DNA of 64,000 nucleotides from Candidatus Magasanikiibacteriota bacterium (GTDB lineage: Bacteria; Patescibacteriota; Patescibacteriia; Magasanikbacterales; UBA922): positions 422,962 through 486,961 of the forward strand of contig JACPSK010000001.1 of NCBI GenBank assembly GCA_016193335.1. Direction: 5' to 3'. Below the pieces are notes generated by a model that worked only from the letters and a program-made list of their open reading frames with translations, was not told the origin of the DNA and made no database searches. The translations under genes and the position numbers were made by a program. Of this stretch, positions 40,167 through 48,916 are shown piece by piece (positions within the stretch are counted from its first letter, which is position 1; each line of letters starts with the position of its first letter).

Positions 40167-41105
40167 CTATTTTCGGCCGGCTTCAAAATCCAAGATCCAC
40201 TCGTTCGCCTCGGTGAACCTCTCGTAGAGCCAGGTCTTGATGGCCAGCTGATCTTCCGCCTCATCCGGCAGAACGCCAGGCGGCTCCACCAGCTCAAAAC
40301 GCACGAGAGCGCGAGTGCCCCCGTCTTGTGCTTTTCGAGCCAGCATATCCCAAGATTCGGTTTCACCATCCGGCTCAAGGCCGGGAGAAAACGCGGTGCT
40401 CATAAAGACCACCTGGGCTCCCGGAACCCCGCGGATCAAGGCCTGCGTCCCCCGGTAAGAAGGCGCGAGAGTCCGAAGGCTTTTTAGACTCAACAAAGGA
40501 TACCCCATGCCATGAAAGAAACGCAGGGCATCGGCGCGGCGGCCTCGGAAAGGCCTGCTCCTATCCGGAAAGAGCATAAAGAGCGGCGCCCGCTCACCAT
40601 TCAGGTTCGCAAGCCCTGCTTTGATAGCCGAGACCGCGGAGTCGCCCTTGCGCTTGCGGATAAACATGCCGCGAGCCAGCTTGACTCCAATGGCGAGCGG
40701 TATTGCTTGCCAGCGGTGCTTGGCGTCCGCCACCACGCGGGGCACCTTGCCACCGAACAAGTCAAGGATGTGTTCCACCATCCCCGGGATCACAGAGGTA
40801 AAGGGATGCGGGCCAATAAGCAGAATAGGTCGTTCATGGTCTATTCCCTCAAGACCCTGTGTCTCCCTTTCAACTTTCAAACCAAGGGATGGATAGCACT
40901 CCTTCATGGTCTCGACAATCCAGGACCGTACATAGGGCGCCATTTCCTTGCCCCTGATCCAAACCGCCCACAAAGCCCGCGCAAAAACCCAGCGGGTCAA
41001 AATCACCAACGCGCGCCACAAAATGCGTTTGCCGGAAACAAAATCAGGCGTTTTGCTCATCTCAGCCATGTTGCGTCCCTCCGTGTTTCCTATTTCTTCT
41101 ACCAT
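40167..41105 (-). CDS. hypothetical protein in a GC-rich island; weak acyltransferase-like resemblance (…LFPDRSRPF…)
   Basis: G/C-rich third codon positions. The family call is tentative only. Confidence 0.4.
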   Translation of the reverse strand: MVEEIGNTEGRNMAEMSKTPDFVSGKRILWRALVILTRWVFARALWAVWIRGKEMAPYVRSWIVETMKECYPSLGLKVERETQGLEGIDHERPILLIGPHPFTSVIPGMVEHILDLFGGKVPRVVADAKHRWQAIPLAIGVKLARGMFIRKRKGDSAVSAIKAGLANLNGERAPLFMLFPDRSRPFRGRRADALRFFHGMGYPLLSLKSLRTLAPSYRGTQALIRGVPGAQVVFMSTAFSPGLEPDGETESWDMLARKAQDGGTRALVRFELVEPPGVLPDEAEDQLAIKTWLYERFTEANEWILDFEAGRK

Positions 41106-41169
41106 TTTCAGAGTTCTGTGTCAATCGCTCTTGCTTATTTGTTTGTATTTGTTCGATTCATTTATAAAA

Positions 41170-41245
41170 CAAAAACCACCCTCGTCCGATCTACATAATT
41201 ATTATTATGAATATCGGACGTTTGAGGGTGGTTTTGATTTCTCCT
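41170..41245 (-). terminator. long hairpin terminator (aaccaccctcgtccgat…atcggacg…gagggtggtt) followed by tttttgtttt on the minus strand
   Basis: ~17-bp stem with a 22-nt loop, read directly. Confidence 0.5.
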
Positions 41246-41313
41246 GAGACAGCAGGACTCGAGCGTCGCGCAATTGCGCTTCGCGAGTTCTGCCGCCTAG
41301 TCAGGAAGCCTCT

Positions 41314-41694
41314 CTAGACCAGGTAGAGCACAGTGATCACCACCATGGCCACACCGATGAGAATGAGAACCAGGCCTTCGATGGCCTGGAGCCAGCGATC
41401 CTCCGCGGAACGCTCGATACTCCCGATGTCGTCGTCGATGTACTGGGACCGCTCGGTCACGGCCCTTTCGATCTCAAAAACTCCCAGGAAGAAAATCAGG
41501 CCTCCGGGGAGGCCAAGGAACATACTCGCCACCTGGCGAGCAATCCCCCAGTAACTCTCAGGAGGGGTGTACCGCGCGGCCAGGTACATCAGGCCGCTTA
41601 CAATGAAGGTCAGCAGGGTACCGAAGAACAGGAAGGCGAAGGCCGCCTCCCAAAGGGCCGCGGCCCTCTTCTTCAATTCGTCCAAAAAAAACAT
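41314..41694 (-). CDS. hypothetical small membrane protein in a GC-rich island
   Basis: Three predicted TM helices, and an AGGAAA RBS 6 nt before the ATG. Confidence 0.45.
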   Translation of the reverse strand: MFFLDELKKRAAALWEAAFAFLFFGTLLTFIVSGLMYLAARYTPPESYWGIARQVASMFLGLPGGLIFFLGVFEIERAVTERSQYIDDDIGSIERSAEDRWLQAIEGLVLILIGVAMVVITVLYLV

Positions 41695-41975
41695 GGTGGC
41701 TTTCCTTTCACAGTTTCACACGGGGGACACCTCTCTTTTTAGAAATTTTCCTAAAAAAGGAGCTGGCCCCTTCACAAGGTGTGAAGGAAAAAGTAAAAAA
41801 TGATCCTACTTTCTAATAAGTTAACGAATGAGTATAGCACAAAAATGGGCTTTTGTCAATCTTCTGTACCAAAAAACCCTTATTTAAGAGCTTTTTTATT
41901 CATTTGAAAAATCATCGGCTATACACACCAAAACACTTGAAAGCCAAAACCAAACCATGCTACAATAAACTAAAT

Positions 41976-43046
41976 ATGCGTGAAAAATCAGACATAACCG
42001 ATACAAAAAAATGGGGATCCGAAACCACCCGAAATGGGTGGTTTTTTATTGAACAGGGTTCAAAATTAAAAAATACAGAGTCTTGGAATCTAAGACAGCA
42101 ATTTCTTGAAACGATAAAACAAAAAGGCGGCTGGGTAAACTGCCACGCGCACATGGACAAGGCTTTTTATATTTCCAGACAAAGACTGCAAAAAGCGGGT
42201 TTGGATATGGCACAAAAATGGAGAATGAGTGATGATACAAAAAAGAAAGATACTCAGGAAGACGTTGAACATAGAATTAGAAAAGTCCTGGATATTATGA
42301 TAGCCCAAGGTGCGCGGCATGCGGCAACCTTTATAGACGCCTACGAGGCGATGGGGCACAGAGCTATAGACGCGGCTCTGAAGGTGCGGAAACTCTACAA
42401 AGATAAAATAACACTGACTCTGATCTCGCATCCGCTCGGCGGCCTCTTGGACAAAAAATCACAACGCCTGTACATGGAAATTACCGAGAAAGCCGACATC
42501 GCCGGGGGTCTGCCATCTTATGATAGGCCTTATGACGCAAAAAATTTTGATATCCTGTTCAGCATCGCACGGCATTTAAATAAGCCTCTGCACATTCATA
42601 TAGATCAAGAAAATAATCCCCATGAGCGGGACTCTGAAAAACTCGTGTATTACACAAAAAAGTACAAATACGAACATAGAGTAACTGCAATCCACGTCAT
42701 TTCCCTCTCATCCCAGAGTGAATCGTATCGAAAAAAAATCTATAGACAATTCGCCAAGCTTGGCATTTCGGTGATCGTCTGCCCTTCCGCGGCCATCAAT
42801 ATGCGCCAACTTGAGAACTATGAAGCGCCGGTACATAATTCAATAGCCAATGTACCTGAGATGCTCGAAGCCGGAGTGTTGGTAGGTCTGGGAGTGGACA
42901 ATATATGCGATTTCTACAATCCCTTCGGAGACGCGGATCTCTGGTTTGAAAGCCGCTTGCTCATGGATGCCTGCCGTTATTATGACTTTGATCGAATGAT
43001 AGATATATGCACTGAAAATGGAAAAAAAATTCTTGAAATAAAATAA
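41976..43046 (+). CDS. amidohydrolase-superfamily metal-dependent hydrolase (cytosine-deaminase-like)
   Basis: VNCHAHMDKAF (an HxHxD metal motif). A promoter TTGAAA-18-TACAAT ends 9 nt before the ATG. Confidence 0.65.
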   Translation: MREKSDITDTKKWGSETTRNGWFFIEQGSKLKNTESWNLRQQFLETIKQKGGWVNCHAHMDKAFYISRQRLQKAGLDMAQKWRMSDDTKKKDTQEDVEHRIRKVLDIMIAQGARHAATFIDAYEAMGHRAIDAALKVRKLYKDKITLTLISHPLGGLLDKKSQRLYMEITEKADIAGGLPSYDRPYDAKNFDILFSIARHLNKPLHIHIDQENNPHERDSEKLVYYTKKYKYEHRVTAIHVISLSSQSESYRKKIYRQFAKLGISVIVCPSAAINMRQLENYEAPVHNSIANVPEMLEAGVLVGLGVDNICDFYNPFGDADLWFESRLLMDACRYYDFDRMIDICTENGKKILEIK

Positions 43047-43130
43047 ACCAGGCCGGCTTGTCCAGCCATCACATCGGACTTAATTAAAAATTGTAAATTA
43101 AAAATTAAAAATTATTAATCATTATCTTCT

Positions 43131-44747
43131 ATGAAAGAACAAAGTACCTACACGCATATCGCCTCTTACGAGCCCAAGGATCCGAGCGAAGTAAAACGAG
43201 TGGTGCTCCTCTACTCCGGCGGACTCGATACTTCGGTAATGCTCAAATGGATTCAAGACAGATACCACGCGGAAGTGATAGCTCTTTGCTTGGACATTGG
43301 CCAGCTTGCCGATGACCTGGAATTTATAAAACAAAAGGCGCTTAAACTTGGCGCGATCAAAGCCATTGTGCTCGATTGCAAAGACGAATTCGCTGACAAA
43401 TATATTTCCCGGGCTATAAAAGCCAACGCCTGCTACCAGGGAGACTACCACCTCAGCACGCCCATCGGCAGACCTCTTCTCGCCAAAAAAGCGGTGCAAA
43501 TCGCTTTTGAAGAAAAAGCCGACACGATAGCCCACGGCTGTACGGGCAAAGGCAATGATCAGGTCCGCTTGGAAGGCACCGCCGTTACGCTCAATCCGGA
43601 CATCAAAATTATCGCCCCTGTCCGCGAATGGGGCATGGGGAGAGACGAAGAAATAGCTTACGCGGAAAAACACGGTATTCCCATAAGCCATAGCGCAAGC
43701 AAGCCCTACAGCCATGATGACAATATGTGGGGCGTAACCAGCGAAGGCGGAGAAATAGAAAATCCGGAACTCATCCCGCCCCTCGAAAATATTCTTGAAA
43801 TAAGCACTCCGCCCAAAAAAGCTCCGGATCAGGAAGAATTGGTACATCTCGAATTTGTAAAGGGCCTACCAGTTTCTCTCAATGGAGAACAAATGAAACT
43901 GAGCGAATTGGTCATACGGCTCAATCGCTTGGCCGGCAAACATGGGGTGGGAATCGTGCACCATCTGGAAGACAGGGTGGTGGGTTTGAAAGTTCGAGGC
44001 TTGTACGAACAGCCCGCGGCTCATGTCATTATCAAAGCACATAAAGAACTGGAAAAATACGTCTGTACCCGGCATGAAAACAAATTCAAAGAATTGGTAG
44101 ACCAAGAATGGGCATACCTGTGCTACGGAGCGCTTTGGTACGAACCGCTCATGAAAAATCTTTCCGGTTTTATAGACACGGTGAATGAAAAAGTAAATGG
44201 CACGGTAACCCTAAGACTGTACAAAGGAAATTGCGACGTGGTGGCTCTCAAAACTCCTGATGCCCTGTTTGACGAAAAACTGGCCACCTTCAATAAAAAC
44301 GATTTGTTCAATCAAAATGCCTCACCCGGTTTCATTGAGCTGTGGACTTTGCAAATGAAGATGGCTCGACAGACCAAAAAAAATATCCTGTTTACGGTGA
44401 GCGGAGCAAAAAAACAAGAATTACTTCAAAGTATGCGAGACTTGCAAAAATTAAATTGCATATTGTACGCCACCAAACATACCAGCGAATTTATGGAACA
44501 GCATGACATCGTCAACAAACTGGTGCACAAAATTTCAACCCAAGAAAGGCCGAACATTGAAACGCTCATGCGAGAACGCCGTTTTGACCTTATCATCAAT
44601 ATACCTTCTCCAGAAGGAAACGGAGAACAAAAAACCGATGGGGAAAGAATGCGAGAACTGGCCGTGGAGCACAATGTCCCTCTCGTCACTGACGTGGATG
44701 TGGCCAAAAGCATGGTGGAAAAACTCAAACAAATATACGAACGCTAA
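43131..44747 (+). CDS. argG: argininosuccinate synthase fused to a C-terminal MGS-like (CarB C-terminal type) domain
   Basis: N-terminal part: VLLYSGGLDTSV…AHGCTGKGNDQVR (ArgG). The C-terminal ~130 aa (ILFTVSGAKKQELLQ…LYATKHTSEF…DLIINIPS…) resembles a methylglyoxal-synthase-like domain. Confidence 0.8.
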   Translation: MKEQSTYTHIASYEPKDPSEVKRVVLLYSGGLDTSVMLKWIQDRYHAEVIALCLDIGQLADDLEFIKQKALKLGAIKAIVLDCKDEFADKYISRAIKANACYQGDYHLSTPIGRPLLAKKAVQIAFEEKADTIAHGCTGKGNDQVRLEGTAVTLNPDIKIIAPVREWGMGRDEEIAYAEKHGIPISHSASKPYSHDDNMWGVTSEGGEIENPELIPPLENILEISTPPKKAPDQEELVHLEFVKGLPVSLNGEQMKLSELVIRLNRLAGKHGVGIVHHLEDRVVGLKVRGLYEQPAAHVIIKAHKELEKYVCTRHENKFKELVDQEWAYLCYGALWYEPLMKNLSGFIDTVNEKVNGTVTLRLYKGNCDVVALKTPDALFDEKLATFNKNDLFNQNASPGFIELWTLQMKMARQTKKNILFTVSGAKKQELLQSMRDLQKLNCILYATKHTSEFMEQHDIVNKLVHKISTQERPNIETLMRERRFDLIINIPSPEGNGEQKTDGERMRELAVEHNVPLVTDVDVAKSMVEKLKQIYER

Positions 44748-44765
44748 AAAGACGGCATAATTTTT

Positions 44766-45689
44766 ATGAGTAAACCGAATATTTCGGTATCTTTCGCAGG
44801 CATAACACTAAGGAACCCAACTATCTTGGCTTCCGGCATTTTGGGAGTGACAAAATCTTCCCTAAAGTACGTAATAAAACACGGAGCCGGAGCCTGCGTG
44901 ATCAAATCAATAAGCCTTGAACCGAGAAGCGGCCATAGGGCACCCAATATGCATCCCGTGGAAGGAGGATTTTTGAACGCGGTCGGTTATTCCAATCCCG
45001 GCTTGGAAGAAGCAAAACGAGAATTTTTACATCTATCAGACCTGCGAGCTCCGGTGATAGCGAGCATCATAGGAAAAGACGCTGAAGAATTTGCCAAAAA
45101 TGCTGAACTTTTTTTGAGCGATGAATTCGCAGCCGTGGAAGCTGTACTGTCTTGCCCACACACACCCGGATACGGGACTCTCGCAGGCCAAGGCAGTCCG
45201 GAAGCTACTGAAAAAATTACCAAAGCGATTAGAGCAAAAACCAAACTGCCTTTATTTATAAAATTATCCCCTCAGAGCGAACCAATCTCAGAAGTCGCGA
45301 AAGCGGCGGAAGCCGGCGGAGCGGATGGCATCACGGCGATCAACACCGCGGGCCCGGGAATGTATATAGACATAAAAACACGAGCGTCTGTGTTACATTT
45401 TGGCATGGGAGGACTTTCAGGACCGGCGTTGAGGCCCATTGCCGTGCGATGCGTTTATGATATATACAAGTCAGTAAAAATTCCCATAATAGGAGTAGGC
45501 GGCATCCAATCCGGAAGAGATGCCATAGAAATGATGATGGCAGGGGCGCAGGCCGTACAGATCGGAACCGGAATTTATTACAAAGGCATTGACGTGTTTA
45601 AGCAAGTTACGGACGAGATAAAAATATTTATGGAAGAAGAGGGCATAAAAAAACTTTCAGAAATAGTCGGGGCAGCACATAAAAAATAG
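44766..45689 (+). CDS. pyrD: dihydroorotate dehydrogenase catalytic subunit (class 1B)
   Basis: LRNPTILASG…; an FMN-binding TIM barrel. Confidence 0.9.
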   Translation: MSKPNISVSFAGITLRNPTILASGILGVTKSSLKYVIKHGAGACVIKSISLEPRSGHRAPNMHPVEGGFLNAVGYSNPGLEEAKREFLHLSDLRAPVIASIIGKDAEEFAKNAELFLSDEFAAVEAVLSCPHTPGYGTLAGQGSPEATEKITKAIRAKTKLPLFIKLSPQSEPISEVAKAAEAGGADGITAINTAGPGMYIDIKTRASVLHFGMGGLSGPALRPIAVRCVYDIYKSVKIPIIGVGGIQSGRDAIEMMMAGAQAVQIGTGIYYKGIDVFKQVTDEIKIFMEEEGIKKLSEIVGAAHKK

Positions 45690-45710
45690 AATAGCTTTCT
45701 GACGCGGAGT

Positions 45711-45822
45711 TGCCTACTTATCCCTTTATAACATATTTTTATGAATCCTGCGGAGTCAGCTCGCTTCGCTCTCGCATTCATCCTTAGGCTTTCTAAAATA
45801 TGTTATAAAGGATAGGTTCCCG
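45711..45822. repeat. ~105-bp palindromic element, copy 1 (terminal inverted repeats atccctttataacatatttt / aaaatatgttataaaggat)
   Basis: Homologous to 62121-62232 along its whole length, including the cgcttcgctctcgca core. Confidence 0.6.
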
Positions 45823-45850
45823 GATTTATATAATGCATAATATCCGGACT

Positions 45851-45949
45851 GAAGCTTCGTACATAATGTTTTTTACAATGGCAACTGTTTGAGTCCGGCT
45901 TCGGCCGGGCGAGTTTTGCCATTGTAAAAAACATTATGTACGAAGCTTC
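45851..45949. repeat. perfect 34-bp inverted repeat flanking a 31-nt loop that contains a ccggc-UUCG-gccgg hairpin
   Basis: The arms are 45851-45884 and 45916-45949, exact reverse complements. The right arm contains the first ATG of the pyrK ORF. Confidence 0.6.
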
Positions 45950-45974
45950 TCCAACAAAATCCCCTATAAATTAT

Positions 45975-46805
45975 ATGAAAGACATACTGCCTGATGTGCA
46001 AAAAACCCTGCCCATCAAAAATATCACGAACGAAAATCCGCATGTAAAAACCTTTTGGTTTGAACATACTCTGCACTCCAAACCGGGTCAATTTGTGATG
46101 CTCTGGATTCCCGGCCTGGACCAAAAACCCTTTTCAATTTCTTATGATTATGGAGACAAATTCGGTTTGTCCATATTTTCGGTGGGTCCTCTGAGCTCTG
46201 TATTGTTTAATACCACAAAGGTTGGGGACAAGATTGGAATCACCGGCCCTTATGGAAAATCATTTTCAACCGGAAAGCACAAACACTACATTGCCGTTGG
46301 CGGAGGATACGGGTCGGGGCCTCTCGGATTTCTGGCTGAAATTTTGGAAAACACGGGCGTCACCCTTGACTTCTGCGTAGGGGCCAAAAACAAGGATTTA
46401 CTTCTTTTTGAAGAGCGAGCAGCAAGACTTTCTCATGTTAGCGTGCATGTGGCGACAGACGACGGTTCCAAAGGACACAAAGGATACGTTACAGAATTGC
46501 TTGAAGATATATTAAAAAAAAGAAAAGATAAAAAAGACATCATCGTTTCGGCTTGCGGCCCTGAGCTTATGGAAAAAACGGTTCTTGATCTTGCGAACGC
46601 GTATGACGTCAACTGTGAGCTGAGCATCGAACGTTATATGAAATGCGGTTTCGGAATCTGTGGACAATGCTCGGTGGATCCACTTGGTATTCCTTTATGC
46701 ACAGAAGGCCCGGTGCTTTCAAAAGATACGGCGAACAAGCTGACTGAATTCGGAGCTTATCACCGGAATAAATGCGGGGGAAAAGAATATTACAAACCAT
46801 CATAA
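45975..46805 (+). CDS. pyrK: dihydroorotate dehydrogenase electron-transfer subunit
   Basis: An FAD/NAD-binding domain and a C-terminal 2Fe-2S cluster motif (CGFGICGQCSVD). The start is taken at MKDILPD, outside the hairpin. Confidence 0.85.
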   Translation: MKDILPDVQKTLPIKNITNENPHVKTFWFEHTLHSKPGQFVMLWIPGLDQKPFSISYDYGDKFGLSIFSVGPLSSVLFNTTKVGDKIGITGPYGKSFSTGKHKHYIAVGGGYGSGPLGFLAEILENTGVTLDFCVGAKNKDLLLFEERAARLSHVSVHVATDDGSKGHKGYVTELLEDILKKRKDKKDIIVSACGPELMEKTVLDLANAYDVNCELSIERYMKCGFGICGQCSVDPLGIPLCTEGPVLSKDTANKLTEFGAYHRNKCGGKEYYKPS

Positions 46806-46822
46806 ATTTTGTTCTACTATCT

Positions 46823-47443
46823 ATGAATAATGTAATACAAATTCTCATTTCTGTGGGCGCCATTATGCCTAATGATCATTTTGTGGGTACTTCCGGCAGG
46901 CATCTTGAAGCTTACATAAACAAAGACGCTTTGTATCCTCATACCAAAGAGACTTCCCTTATCGGAGCTTATTTCGCCGAGGCACACAAAGGACTGGACA
47001 TACACCTGGTAGCAGGCCCCGCCATGGGTGGGATTATTCTTTCACAATGGACTGCCCGACATCTTTCTGAACTAAAAGAAAAAGAAATTCTTAGCGTCTA
47101 TGCTGAAAAAAAAGAAGGAGTCTTAACCTTAACCCGAGGTTATGACGCGCTGGTAAAAGGTAAAAATGTGCTTGTGGTTGAAGATCTCACCACCACGGGA
47201 GGATCGCTTGCCGCCGTGATAGACTTAGTCAAAAAAGCCGGGGGCTCTGTGCTCGCGGCGTCTGTAATGGTAAATAGAGATCCTGAATATGTGTCTGAAT
47301 CCAGTTTCGGAGTGCCATTCACAAGTCTCGCCGAATACAGAACCCCATCCTACACGGCCGAAGAATGCCCCATGTGCAAGCAAAATATGCCCATCAATCT
47401 GTCTCTCGGCCATGGAGCAAAATTCCTCGCGGAAAAAAAATAA
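46823..47443 (+). CDS. pyrE: orotate phosphoribosyltransferase
   Basis: VLVVEDLTTTGGS (PRPP-binding). Confidence 0.8.
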   Translation: MNNVIQILISVGAIMPNDHFVGTSGRHLEAYINKDALYPHTKETSLIGAYFAEAHKGLDIHLVAGPAMGGIILSQWTARHLSELKEKEILSVYAEKKEGVLTLTRGYDALVKGKNVLVVEDLTTTGGSLAAVIDLVKKAGGSVLAASVMVNRDPEYVSESSFGVPFTSLAEYRTPSYTAEECPMCKQNMPINLSLGHGAKFLAEKK

Positions 47444-47458
47444 TCTCATACATCATAT

Positions 47459-48242
47459 GCCCAGTTACTCCGAGCGATCAAAACTTTGTCCCAACCCAAC
47501 CGCCAAAGCTCTCTTGGAACTCATGGAACAAAAGGAGAGCAACCTTTGCGTGGCCGCGGATCTTTTGAACAAACAAGAAATACTAAACCTTACTGACAAC
47601 ATAGGAGCAGAAATTTGTGTGCTCAAAACGCATATAGATATTGTGGAAGATTTTGACAATGAATTTATTATCGAACTCCAACGGCTTTCGGAAAAACATA
47701 ATTTTTTTATTTTTGAGGACAGAAAATTCGCGGACATCGGCAACACGGTCGTTCATCAATACCAAAACGGAATCTATCACATCGCTGACTGGGCCCACAT
47801 CACCAACGCTCACAGCATACCCGGGCCCGGGATCATAGAAGGACTCAAAAAAGTAGGCCTGCCCAAAGGTAGAGCTCTTTTGCTTCTTGCGGAAATGAGT
47901 TCAGAAGGAAATCTTGCACAAGGCGCATATACAGAAAAAACCATCAAGATGGCGGAACAACATAGAGATTTTGTGATTGGTTTCATCAACACCAAAACGA
48001 TTTCCAAAAATTCGTCTTTTATCAATTTTAGTCCCGGTGTCCAGTTCAAAACAAAATCAGACAGTCTGAAACAAAATTATCAGGACCCTGAAGAAGCCAT
48101 TCTGCGGGGATCAGACATTATTATAGTAGGCCGCGGTATCTATGCTTCGGCAGACCCTGTCCAATCCGCGCAAAATTATAGAAAAAAGGCCTGGGGGGCC
48201 TACAAGAAACGCGAATCTTTACAAATCAATCCAAATCCTTGA
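47459..48242 (+). CDS. pyrF: orotidine-5'-phosphate decarboxylase, eukaryote-like (URA3-type)
   Basis: LCVAADL, and IFEDRKFADIGNTV…IADWAHITNAH, which closely matches the yeast URA3 / human UMPS ODCase motif. Confidence 0.9.
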
Positions 48243-48898
48243 TCAATTTTTTGAAATCTTTATAGTCTTCGTAACTTATCTTTCCTTCTTTGTGAGCTTT
48301 GTAAAATTTCCCCCTCATTTTTAACCTATCTTTTCTGTTGATGGCTTCTCCCGTACGTTTGTACTTCAAAGTATTCTCAAGTGTGTCTTGAAACAGTTTT
48401 CTATCAGCCATTGAAACATTTTTGTACGTTGCCCGCTTCGTACGTATCAAATTACCCAATCTCATTCGGTACCCGGTAGGTCCGGTTTTCCTCATACTTC
48501 CGCCCGTGCCAACATGGAATCCTTTTTTTTGGTGTTTGGCCGCTTCTGCGGCAGCCTCTTCTTGGCGTTTTTTTATGAGGCGACGCACAAAACTATAGCG
48601 CCGGTAATCAGCTGCTTCATCAGGTTCATCTACTTGATTGACGCTATGCTGGGGCCTTGTCTCTTGGTCGCCTTGCGACATACTATCACCCAGATGAGAG
48701 GCAGAAGTGCTTGGCCTGCCGCCCGGCAGATTGCCGCTCATAACCCGGCTCATGGACACGGCCGCGCTTTCCCTTTCCTTTCTCTGTTCTAATTTTGAAA
48801 CAGAAAAATCTTGAGCATGCTCCATGCCCAAATTTTGAGGAGCCAAAGGGACTGAAGGCCCGATTTTAGGTAAAACAGGAGGAAGATTGTCAGACATA
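48226..48898 (-). CDS. hypothetical basic protein
   Basis: ORF only. The start is taken at MSDNLPP. Confidence 0.35.
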
Positions 48899-48916
48899 TA
48901 GTACACTTTAAGTATA

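Noticed and set aside
41686-41700. Kozak-like gccaccATG at the start of the small GC-rich membrane protein
   Set aside because: This is probably chance in GC-rich DNA. It is noted only because the second GC-rich islet (25640-25995) also carries cloning-site-like motifs. By itself it is not evidence of engineering.
45885-45915. PyrR-binding-loop interpretation of the loop of the 34-bp hairpin
   Set aside because: The resemblance to the PyrR consensus (ARUCCNGNGAGGYU) is weak (gagtccggc…gggcgag). No pyrR gene is visible in the window. It is kept only as a remote possibility.
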